Translations under genes and position numbers: made by a program
Shown here: positions 7,380-15,275 of the stretch, in pieces
Layout of the letters: each line of letters opens with the position of its first letter
Position numbering within the stretch: the first letter of the stretch is position 1
Source of the DNA: Candidatus Electronema aureum
GTDB lineage: Bacteria > Desulfobacterota > Desulfobulbia > Desulfobulbales > Desulfobulbaceae
Direction of reading: 5' to 3'
DNA: 32,000 nt
Assembly (NCBI GenBank): GCA_004284765.1
Contig: NQJD01000018.1
Location: forward strand, 16,304 to 48,303
Notes under the pieces: generated by a model
The model's database searches: none
What the model saw: only the letters and a program-made list of their open reading frames with translations
What the model was told of the DNA's origin: nothing

Positions 7380-7421
7380 CGAGGCCTGCGTCGAGATTAC
7401 TCCGAGGCCTGCGTCGAGATT
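7380..7421. repeat. 19-nt direct repeat at 23-nt spacing, spanning the stop codon of the flippase-like gene
   Basis: CGAGGCCTGCGTCGAGATT occurs at 7380-7398 and again at 7403-7421, separated by ACTC. Confidence 0.9.
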
Positions 7422-8356
7422 TCCTCGGCTTCTTTTACCTGCGGCTTGCCTTGTTGGGTCAGATAAATCACCAAGCCGGGCAATGAGGAAGCCAGCGTAG
7501 TCAGACCACAAAGCAGGGAAAAGGCCAGCACCTTGGTCTTGTCTGCGCCTACCAGCATGAAGAAGCCGACCATCGCGCCCTCGCGCACGCCCCAGCCAGC
7601 CAATGATACAGGCAGGATAGTCAGCAGGACAACAGGCGGCACCAAGGCAAGATAGACGTGCAGCGGAAAATCTAACCCAACTGCCAAACCGTTCATGAAG
7701 AAGGCACTGATCGACAGCAGATGGATAAAGATAGACAGCCCCAACTGAAGGCTAATCGCGCTGGGCGAGGAATAGACTTGGAAATACCGTTCTGACAGAT
7801 TGCCGAGGAAACCGAGATATTTGCCTTGAGCAAAGAAGGCGAACTTGCGCAGCAGGAAAAGCATGAGCAGCCCGATAGCTAAGGCAACGAGAATCAGGAG
7901 CAGCGGGTATTCCACCTGCGGTGGCAGCAGCTTATGGCTCATGAGCAGGGCCGCAATGTTGAGCAGCAGCAGTCCGGCCAAGCCCACAACTCGGTCGATA
8001 AAGACACCGAAGAAGGCTTCTTTAGCTGAACCGATCCGAGAGCAGTCAAGAATACGGATGCCGTCACCGCCAATACTGGAGGGCAGTCCTTGGTTGAAGA
8101 AAAGACCTTTGAAATAGCTGCGCAGATAGAACAGGCGCGGCGCATGAAAGCCGAGTCGTTCCATAATCAGTCGCCAGCGGCAGGAGGCAACCGTGTTGCA
8201 GAGTATCTGGACTGCAACAGCGATCAGTAGATACAGGGGCGAGGCAGCACGCAGAGCAGCTGCGGTCTCTCCGGGGTGAATATGGCTGAAGATGAAGTAC
8301 AGCAGGAGGCCAGCCACACTCAGCTTGAGGCCGTAAGTCAGCAGAGTTTTCTTCAT
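7397..8356 (-). CDS. lysylphosphatidylglycerol-synthase-TM-region-like / flippase-like membrane protein (UPF0104-type)
   Basis: N-terminus MKKTLLTYGLKLSVAGLLLYFIFSHI and an 8-TM-like profile with GGDGIR and GWGVREG motifs typical of this family. The C-terminus is probably truncated (see findings). Confidence 0.7.
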   Translation of the reverse strand: MKKTLLTYGLKLSVAGLLLYFIFSHIHPGETAAALRAASPLYLLIAVAVQILCNTVASCRWRLIMERLGFHAPRLFYLRSYFKGLFFNQGLPSSIGGDGIRILDCSRIGSAKEAFFGVFIDRVVGLAGLLLLNIAALLMSHKLLPPQVEYPLLLILVALAIGLLMLFLLRKFAFFAQGKYLGFLGNLSERYFQVYSSPSAISLQLGLSIFIHLLSISAFFMNGLAVGLDFPLHVYLALVPPVVLLTILPVSLAGWGVREGAMVGFFMLVGADKTKVLAFSLLCGLTTLASSLPGLVIYLTQQGKPQVKEAEEISTQASE

Positions 8357-8358
8357 GG

Positions 8359-9771
8359 TTATTTAAGCTGTTGTTCGCAGCGCGGACAGGGTTTAAAGCC
8401 TGCTGTCCGCGCCACTCTGACATTGATAAATTGCAAGGAGGATTGGGGACTGCGGTGCTGCGGGCAGTCGGGCAGATGAAAGAGGCGGGTTTCTGGGTTA
8501 GCATGAACGAGCAGGCCAAGACTGACTGGCAGCACGGGCCTCTTCCGCCGATGATGTTTTCTCTGCCAGCGGGCGGACAGCTTTTGCCACGGCTTGAGCA
8601 GCATGGCCTCCAGTAGCCAGCGGCCAGCGGCGGTCAGCGGTTCAGGCAATACAGGCCGCTCTTGCTCGACTCGGTGAAAGATAAACAGCACCAGCACCGC
8701 AAACAGGGCATTGGGCAGCCAGAGACCGATGAACACCGGTACAGCCCGGTCTTCAGCCATCACTTGGCCAATGGTAGAAATTATGTAGTAGAGCACAAAG
8801 AAAGCTAATCCCAGCGGAATACCAATCGCCTTACGGCCCAACCCAGCCTGAAGACCGAGCGGCAAGCCAAGCAGACTGAGGATCAGGCAACCAACCGGCA
8901 TGGCCAAGCGATGATGATACTCGCTCATGAAAGTGATCACATCCTGAGGATGCGCGTCAGGACGATGAGCCTCTGCCAAGAGCTGCTCCTGCGACATGCT
9001 GCTTTTACTGAGCTGGGTGACATCGTCACCGTCAATCTTCGTGGGTGGCTTGAGCGGAATGCTCAACTGGTAGCGACTGAAACGGACGGTTTGACCGTCA
9101 AAGCCGCTGGTGCTGTGTAGGGTACCGTCGTGTAGTACGATGGTGACGGCCATCCGGCTGATATCAGCCTGCATCCGACCGTCTTTGGCCATGATGATGA
9201 TTGGCTGCTGACGACCCCGCATGTCTGAGACATAAACCCCCCGCCAAGCCCCGTCTTGATCTGTCTCATCAACATAGACTACCACCTCGCCCAAGGCTTC
9301 AGTGAACTTCTTCTCTTTAATCCCCTTGTCGATCTTCTCCTTAGCTAACTGATACATGAGCTGGCGCATGGCAATCTCACCTGCTGGGATCAAGCGGACA
9401 GAGAAATAACCGGTCAATGTCGCAATCGCGGTAGCCAAAAGCACCACGGGCGGCAGCATCTGACGCAAACTGATACCACAGGCTTTGAGGGCCAGCATCT
9501 CGCGATCATTGGTCAGGCGGGTGAAACCAATGATCACCCCAGTCATCCCGGCCATCGGAATGACATAGAGCAGGAGATGGGGAAAGATGTACGAGAAGAG
9601 ACGAATGAAGTCAGAGAGGCCGATGCCTAAGTCCAGCACGATTTCCAGTAAAGGAATCAGCCGAACGAGAAAGAACACGCTGTACAGGATGAGAAAACTG
9701 GCGAAAAACGGTGCCAGCAGCTCAGATGCAACGTAGCTGTACAGCAGCGGGGACAGGCCGTTACGGCGCAT
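8359..9771 (-). CDS. LptF/LptG-family LPS export permease with a C-terminal Ada-type zinc-ribbon-like extension
   Basis: YjgP/YjgQ-type N-terminus (LLYSYVASELLAPFFASFLILYSVFFLVRLIPLL), a periplasmic beta-jellyroll-length insert, then 3 C-terminal TM segments. The tail is FHLPDCPQH...ARTAGFKPCPRC. Confidence 0.8.
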   Translation of the reverse strand: MRRNGLSPLLYSYVASELLAPFFASFLILYSVFFLVRLIPLLEIVLDLGIGLSDFIRLFSYIFPHLLLYVIPMAGMTGVIIGFTRLTNDREMLALKACGISLRQMLPPVVLLATAIATLTGYFSVRLIPAGEIAMRQLMYQLAKEKIDKGIKEKKFTEALGEVVVYVDETDQDGAWRGVYVSDMRGRQQPIIIMAKDGRMQADISRMAVTIVLHDGTLHSTSGFDGQTVRFSRYQLSIPLKPPTKIDGDDVTQLSKSSMSQEQLLAEAHRPDAHPQDVITFMSEYHHRLAMPVGCLILSLLGLPLGLQAGLGRKAIGIPLGLAFFVLYYIISTIGQVMAEDRAVPVFIGLWLPNALFAVLVLFIFHRVEQERPVLPEPLTAAGRWLLEAMLLKPWQKLSARWQRKHHRRKRPVLPVSLGLLVHANPETRLFHLPDCPQHRSPQSSLQFINVRVARTAGFKPCPRCEQQLK

Positions 9772-11209
9772 GAGTCTCCGCTGCGGGTTGAGACGGCTGC
9801 TGCTCTTGTTGAACAGTCGGAGTCTGTTCAGGCTTGCCGATGATGTTCTTGATATTTACGTTGATCCAATTCTGATCCCACCATTCGACTGGGGTAACAA
9901 AGATGCCGTGGACGAGCATAGAGAAATGAAGATGGTCGCCTGCGGCCATGCCAGAAGTACCGGAACGGCCTATGATCTCATTCTTTTCAACCAGTTTATC
10001 GACGGTAGTTTCAATCCGACTGAGATGGGAATACAGGCTGCTGATGCCTTGGCCGTGGTCGAGGATCACCACATTACCGTAAATGCCAAGGTAATCAGCA
10101 AAAGCCACCCGGCCCCGGTTAGCGGCCCGGATTTCCGCGCGCTCATTGGAAGCGATGTCAATGCCGAGATGCGTCTGCTTGTCGATCTCCTGTCCCTTGT
10201 GAAAATATGTACGCTGATCGGCAAAACCAGCCCGACCCGCGCCCGGCATCCGCAGAAAGCGGTCCTGCCAGAGCTGGTCCGCCGCTGTGTTCTGACAGAT
10301 TTCACTGATCTTCTCCGCATTCCTCACCCGGACGGACTGATTAACAAAGAGATATTTCTCCAAGTCCGTTCCTTTCATTTCAGGGTAAGCCTGCTGGAAT
10401 TCAGGAATCTTCTTTTGCAGAAAACTCTCAGAGATTTCAATCCGATCATGCTTCTCTTTTGCCTGCTTAAAATACACGGAAAATGTCGCCTGTCCCTCAT
10501 TGCCGGCTTGGTCTGATCCCACTACCCGCGTATTTTCTGGTTTGGCACTGTCCCACGGTAACGCGATATAGGCGATATAGGTTTTGTCCTTCCCTTGCAG
10601 AGGAAAACCTTGGAAGAACTGTTTTTCGATCATCACCCCGTGCCGAGATAATGGTTCTGAAGAACTGTACAACACCATGCCGCTACCGCCCTGCTGGAGG
10701 TGCATCTGTGCATGTTCGACAGTGAGCATGGGCGGGGCAGAATCAACCAGCACCGAAAAACGGAGTTCGGTGCTGTTGCGCTTGAGCGAGAAGTCACAAA
10801 CAGCCACCACTAATTCAGCTGCGCCTTCCTTCAAGCCGAGGTTCTTTGGATCAATGGTCACAGTTTCTTTCACTTCCGCCGGACCAGCTTTGGCAAACCA
10901 CGACAAGCGAGGATACTGTCGATCAAAGAGCGGAAAAGTTGTGCCGTTCTGGAGTAGATTGATAGTAATCTGGCGGATGCCGCTCTTTTTATCTGCGGCT
11001 TGAACAGGCATATCCATTGCCCCACCGACAAACTTGATTTCCTTTTCAACCGCGACGGTAGGTTTTTCAAATTCAAACAGCACAAACAGTGCCGCGCCTG
11101 CCGCAACTACCAACAGCATCGACAGAGAGATCAGCACTAAGCGAGCTATTTCTTTAGCGTTGGCGGAACGGAAATATGTTTTGAAACCGCGTCGATTCTG
11201 TTTGATCAT
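9761..11209 (-). CDS. membrane-anchored M23-family metallopeptidase
   Basis: N-terminal TM anchor. The C-terminal LytM/M23 motifs are HLGIDIAS, GNVVILDHGQGISSLYSHL and GTSGMAAGDHLHFSMLVHG. Confidence 0.85.
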   Translation of the reverse strand: MIKQNRRGFKTYFRSANAKEIARLVLISLSMLLVVAAGAALFVLFEFEKPTVAVEKEIKFVGGAMDMPVQAADKKSGIRQITINLLQNGTTFPLFDRQYPRLSWFAKAGPAEVKETVTIDPKNLGLKEGAAELVVAVCDFSLKRNSTELRFSVLVDSAPPMLTVEHAQMHLQQGGSGMVLYSSSEPLSRHGVMIEKQFFQGFPLQGKDKTYIAYIALPWDSAKPENTRVVGSDQAGNEGQATFSVYFKQAKEKHDRIEISESFLQKKIPEFQQAYPEMKGTDLEKYLFVNQSVRVRNAEKISEICQNTAADQLWQDRFLRMPGAGRAGFADQRTYFHKGQEIDKQTHLGIDIASNERAEIRAANRGRVAFADYLGIYGNVVILDHGQGISSLYSHLSRIETTVDKLVEKNEIIGRSGTSGMAAGDHLHFSMLVHGIFVTPVEWWDQNWINVNIKNIIGKPEQTPTVQQEQQPSQPAAETHAP

Positions 11210-11238
11210 AGTCAGTCTCTTGTTATGGCGTATACTTT

Positions 11239-12795
11239 TTATTCATTCCAGATGATCTCATATCGTTGGACATGGAGATCAGGTACGGGGATCACAGTGA
11301 TCCGCTTGCTGATTGACTGCTCCAGCACGCGCACGTGTCCGGCCTCTTCCCGCAGCAACAGGTCGGCGACGCGAGGATTGACCCGCAGCGTGATATTATT
11401 ACTGCCGTTGATCTGCAACGCATCACGGGAGATTTTACGGAAGATTTCGTAACAGATCGTGCGCCGGGCTTTGACCACCCCTTCACCGCCACAGCACGGG
11501 CAATTTTCATTCAGCGTTCGCGAAAGGTTCTCGCTGGAACGCTGCCGGGTCATCTGCACTAAACCGAAGTCAGACATTCTGAGGATGTTCACCCGGGTGC
11601 GATCTTTTGTCATCGCCTCTTGCAACGTTCGGTACAATGTCTCCCGGTCTTGCTCGGTCTCCATGTCGATGAAATCAATGATGATGATCCCGCCGATATT
11701 GCGCAGCCGAAGCTGGGCCGCGATCTCGCGTACCGCTTCCATGTTGGTCTTGAAGATGGTCTCGCTGAGATCATTTTTACCCACATAGCGCCCGGTATTT
11801 ACATCGATTACTGTCAGGGCCTCAGTCGTCTCTATGATAAGATACCCGCCGGAGCGCAGCCAGACTTTTTTATCCGCAGCCCGATTGATAGCAGTCTCGA
11901 TGCCGTAGGCTTCAAAAAGCGGCACTTCGCTGTCATAATGGACAATCCGGCTTTTCAACTTGGGCGCAAAGGTGCTGACAAAGGCCAGCAGCCGTTCATG
12001 CACCTCTTGAGAGTCAATTACCACCTCGTTGACATTGTCGGTGAGTAGGTCACGGGCCGAGCGCAAGGCGAGGTCGATATCTTTGTGGACTATGCCGGGC
12101 ACGGGCGACCGAGGGGCGGCAGATTTAATATCATCCCAGAGCAGAAGCAAAAACTCCATGTCTGCTTCAATTTCCGCACTGGTGATGTTCTCCGCAACTG
12201 TGCGGACAATAAAACCGGTTCCAGCAGGCCGCAGGCTTTCAATCTTCTGCCGCAGTTCCTCGCGCACTCGCTCATCTTCAATTTTACGCGAAATGCCAAT
12301 GTGATTGGTTAGCGGCATGAAGACCAGATTACGGCAGGCCAAGGTGATGTGGCAAGTCAACCGCGCTCCCTTAGTCCCAATCGGGTCTTTGGCGATTTGC
12401 ACCATGACCGTCTGCCCTTCTTTGAGCAATTTTTCAATACCAGGACGAGTAGTGGCGGTGCAGCGATCGGTCAGCGAAGGATCATCGGGATAATGGCGAC
12501 GGCAGCAATGTGGCTCGTCATCAGCCATCCGCTCTTCTAATTGCGGTAAGGAAGAAGCATAAACATCATCTACATAGAGAAAACCGGTGCGATCAAGACC
12601 GATATCAACAAAGGCCGCCTGCATTCCCGGTAGCACGCGTACCACTCTGCCGCAGTAGATACTGCCGACTAATCCTTTTTCCGCAGGCCGCTCAATATGA
12701 AATTCAAGCAGATTACCACCCTCGACCAAGGCGATCCGGTTTTCATAAGGCGCGGCGTTGATCAGAATGTCTGTGTACATTGGTTTATTTTTCAT
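11239..12795 (-). CDS. rng: Rne/Rng-family ribonuclease (RNase G size class)
   Basis: S1 domain GSIYCGRVVRVLPGMQAAFVDIGL, a DNase-I-like catalytic core (IDVNTGRYVG, GGIIIIDFIDM) and the Zn-link CPCCGGEG. At 518 aa it lacks a long RNase E scaffold tail. Confidence 0.88.
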   Translation of the reverse strand: MKNKPMYTDILINAAPYENRIALVEGGNLLEFHIERPAEKGLVGSIYCGRVVRVLPGMQAAFVDIGLDRTGFLYVDDVYASSLPQLEERMADDEPHCCRRHYPDDPSLTDRCTATTRPGIEKLLKEGQTVMVQIAKDPIGTKGARLTCHITLACRNLVFMPLTNHIGISRKIEDERVREELRQKIESLRPAGTGFIVRTVAENITSAEIEADMEFLLLLWDDIKSAAPRSPVPGIVHKDIDLALRSARDLLTDNVNEVVIDSQEVHERLLAFVSTFAPKLKSRIVHYDSEVPLFEAYGIETAINRAADKKVWLRSGGYLIIETTEALTVIDVNTGRYVGKNDLSETIFKTNMEAVREIAAQLRLRNIGGIIIIDFIDMETEQDRETLYRTLQEAMTKDRTRVNILRMSDFGLVQMTRQRSSENLSRTLNENCPCCGGEGVVKARRTICYEIFRKISRDALQINGSNNITLRVNPRVADLLLREEAGHVRVLEQSISKRITVIPVPDLHVQRYEIIWNE

Positions 12796-13147
12796 CGCTT
12801 ATTCGCAACAGGCATAGTCTGACAACGCGGCGCGGGCAACTCAGGCAGGCAGAGGCGGTGAAAGATGTCGTTTCGGATCAGGGAACTCGTTTAGGTTAAC
12901 AGAAAAAGCCGAACAGACAAGCTGTGGCTGACTGATAAAACAAGTTATGATACCCGACTTACCTCGCTCTGCCAAGGAGGGATTGGTTGGCTTTGCCGGT
13001 TCTTATAAAAAAAATAAACCTCCTGCGTAACTCATAGAGAGTACAGCCTGAGCTGCGGCCTCTTCCGTTGAGCAGTGACAAATTGACAGACGAGACGATC
13101 AGCAATGACCGTCCCGGCTGATTGACAGAATGACAGAAACGCTTGCC

Positions 13148-13435
13148 TTATTGCTGCGGTTTATCGGTCTGCTCTCCGCTATCTTTGACCATCTCCTCCA
13201 TCTTTTGATTTTGTGCGTTTTGCAAGGCCTGTGAGTCATTGGCCTTATTTAAGGGCTTCTGGATTTGCTCAACCGCTTTTTGCGCTACCTTATCTGAGGC
13301 TTGCTCCACCACGCCTTTTTTTTCCTCACCCGGATTTTCCTCCGAGCAGCCGACCAGCAGCCCGAAAAGTGCTAGCCCACAGGCAGTGGCTTTGAGATAA
13401 CTTATGTTTTTCATTTTGTTGCGCATGGTTCTCAT
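13148..13435 (-). CDS. small lipoprotein, function unknown
   Basis: GAGGAA lies 8 nt upstream of the ATG. There is a signal peptide with a lipobox (LFGLLVGC) and a low-complexity E/K/Q-rich mature part. Confidence 0.55.
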   Translation of the reverse strand: MRTMRNKMKNISYLKATACGLALFGLLVGCSEENPGEEKKGVVEQASDKVAQKAVEQIQKPLNKANDSQALQNAQNQKMEEMVKDSGEQTDKPQQ

Positions 13436-13523
13436 CGTATTGTTCCTCTAGTTATAGTTGCAGGAGCGAACCCTTGTGTTCACCCTGTTTTTAAGATCAG
13501 TTATTCGCGAGGATAGCATAGCC

Positions 13524-15116
13524 TCATTTTCTGAATCGCTGCTTTATTTTTCCGGTGATCTCATCAAACTCTGGCAGCTTGAGAAAATGCAGGGCAGCGG
13601 CATAGAGCAACGATGCGCTGCCGATCAGCAGGGCCACGCCAACAAGCTGCATGGGAAGTCTTCCTTGCAGCAGCGAACTGAGCAGCATCTTCAGTCCGAT
13701 GATGCCCAACGCCATGACCGCGCTGGCAGCAATGATCTTGAGCGTGCCTATGGCAAGCTGCTTCAGGGCGAAACCAGCCAGCTTGCGGTTCAAGACAAAG
13801 CCAAGGAAGAGGAAGTTGAGCACCATTGAGCAAGAGGTAGAAAGGGCAATGGCGCGGAAGGAAAGCCGGTCAATGGTCAGGGTGATGAAAAGGACATTGA
13901 CCGCCACAGCGAGGAATGAGCTGATCACCGGGTACTTGGTGTCGTTGAGGGCGTAGAAGACCGGTACCATGATCTTGACGGCTGAATAGGCGAAGAGGCC
14001 GCAGGAGTAGCAGATCAGGGCTTCGGCAGTGCGGGCAGTGTCTTCGGCAGTGAAAGCCCCATGCTCGAAGATCAGGCGGATGATCGGCCCAGCAAGGAGC
14101 ATCAGGCCGACTGCTGCCGGGATAGTCAGGCTGAAGACCATGACTAACGAGGACGAGAACGTTTGCCGCAGCCCGGCCATGTCCTTCTGCGCGGCATGAC
14201 GGGCTAAAACCGGCATGGCGGCGATGGAGAAGGCCACGCCGAACACGCCGATGGGCAGCTGGACGAGACGAAAGGCGTAATTCAACCAGGAAACCGAGCC
14301 TTCCTGGCAGGAAGCGGCAAAATTGGTGTTGACAAACACGTTGATCTGGGTGGCAGAGAGGCCAACTGTGGCTGGTAGCATCAGCCAGAGGATGCGCCGC
14401 AAGCCTGGATCGCGGAGATTAAGGCGCGGACGGAAGCGGAAGCCGGTCTTGCGCAGCGCGGGCAGTTGGACAAGCAATTGCAGCAGGCCGCCGAGCAGCG
14501 TTCCCCAGGCCATGCCGACAATCGCAGGCTGGCCAAACTTGGGCAGCAGCCAGGCCAAGGACACGCCGCCGATGATCGAGCCAAGGTTGAAGAAGGACGA
14601 GGCCATAGCCGGAACAAAGAACTTGCCCTTGGTGTTGAGCATTCCCATCACCACCGCTGCCAAAGCGACCAAGATCAGGAAAGGAAACATGATCTGGGTC
14701 ATCAGGGCGGTGAGTTCGGTCTTGCCTGCAACTTGAGCGAAGTCTGGCGCGAGCAGGCGGGCAATGGGTTCAGCCAGCAGGATGCCGACCAAGGTGATTA
14801 AACTGAGCAGCACGGTGATGAAGGAGAGCACGTTCGAGGCAAGCTGCCACGTCGCCTCTTCACCCTTGTTGGTGTCGTGGTCGGAAAAGACAGTGACAAA
14901 GGCGGCAGACAGCGCGCCCTCACCGAACAAATCCCGCAGCAAGTTGGGAATGCGGAAGGCGACGACAAAGGCATCATAGGCATAACCCGCGCCGAACATC
15001 CCCGCAAAGACTTGCTCGCGTGCCAGACCCAGTACCCGGCTGCACATCACTGCGCCGCTCACCGCACCGGCGGACTTGGCTATCCGCCCAGTTGAACTAC
15101 TTGCTTTTTCTGACAT
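13524..15116 (-). CDS. murJ: lipid II flippase MurJ
   Basis: SRVLGLAREQVFAGMFGAGYAYDAFVVAFRIPNLLRDLFGEGALSAAFV is the canonical MurJ/MviN N-terminus. 530 aa with a profile of about 14 TM segments. Confidence 0.92.
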   Translation of the reverse strand: MSEKASSSTGRIAKSAGAVSGAVMCSRVLGLAREQVFAGMFGAGYAYDAFVVAFRIPNLLRDLFGEGALSAAFVTVFSDHDTNKGEEATWQLASNVLSFITVLLSLITLVGILLAEPIARLLAPDFAQVAGKTELTALMTQIMFPFLILVALAAVVMGMLNTKGKFFVPAMASSFFNLGSIIGGVSLAWLLPKFGQPAIVGMAWGTLLGGLLQLLVQLPALRKTGFRFRPRLNLRDPGLRRILWLMLPATVGLSATQINVFVNTNFAASCQEGSVSWLNYAFRLVQLPIGVFGVAFSIAAMPVLARHAAQKDMAGLRQTFSSSLVMVFSLTIPAAVGLMLLAGPIIRLIFEHGAFTAEDTARTAEALICYSCGLFAYSAVKIMVPVFYALNDTKYPVISSFLAVAVNVLFITLTIDRLSFRAIALSTSCSMVLNFLFLGFVLNRKLAGFALKQLAIGTLKIIAASAVMALGIIGLKMLLSSLLQGRLPMQLVGVALLIGSASLLYAAALHFLKLPEFDEITGKIKQRFRK

Positions 15117-15154
15117 AATCCCCCCGACTCTGAACAGCCGGTTTGATGATTATC

Positions 15155-15254
15155 GCTTGACTTGAAAGGGATTAAGGAGCAGAATGCGACTCATCATTTC
15201 CCGACAGATGGTTGTTACCATTCTCGGAGAAAAAGGGGAAGCCCTTTTCCGCGC
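15155..15254 (+). promoter_or_regulatory. promoter plus conserved leader module, copy 1 (upstream of the helicase gene)
   Basis: TTGACT at 15157-15162, a 17-nt spacer, then CAGAAT at 15180-15185. A 55-nt conserved block follows at 15200-15254, containing the hairpin AAAAGGG-GAAG-CCCTTTT. The 31-nt promoter block is 31/31 identical and the 55/56-nt block about 91% identical to the copy at 18612-18711. Confidence 0.6.
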
Positions 15255-15275
15255 AAAAAAAACAAGCTTTTCATC

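Noticed and set aside
13458-13829. Plus-strand ORFs overlapping the murJ 3' region (for example 13458-13829 and 13651-13956).
   Set aside because: They lie within the strongly supported murJ CDS on the opposite strand and have low-complexity, Arg/Ala-rich translations typical of antisense GC-rich frames.
15162-15275. The track start (TTG, MKGIKEQN...) would extend the helicase ORF by 38 codons. The matching MKGIKEQN ORF at 18619-18828 raises the idea of a conserved leader peptide.
   Set aside because: The TTG is the -35 TTGACT of the repeated promoter module. Between the conserved ends the two copies read the same conserved nucleotides in different frames (ATHHFPTDGCYHSRR versus TVQQSRQMVVTTLGA), so conservation is at the nucleotide level and not the peptide level. 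An SD-ATG mini-ORF at 15184 in copy 1 is ATA in copy 2.
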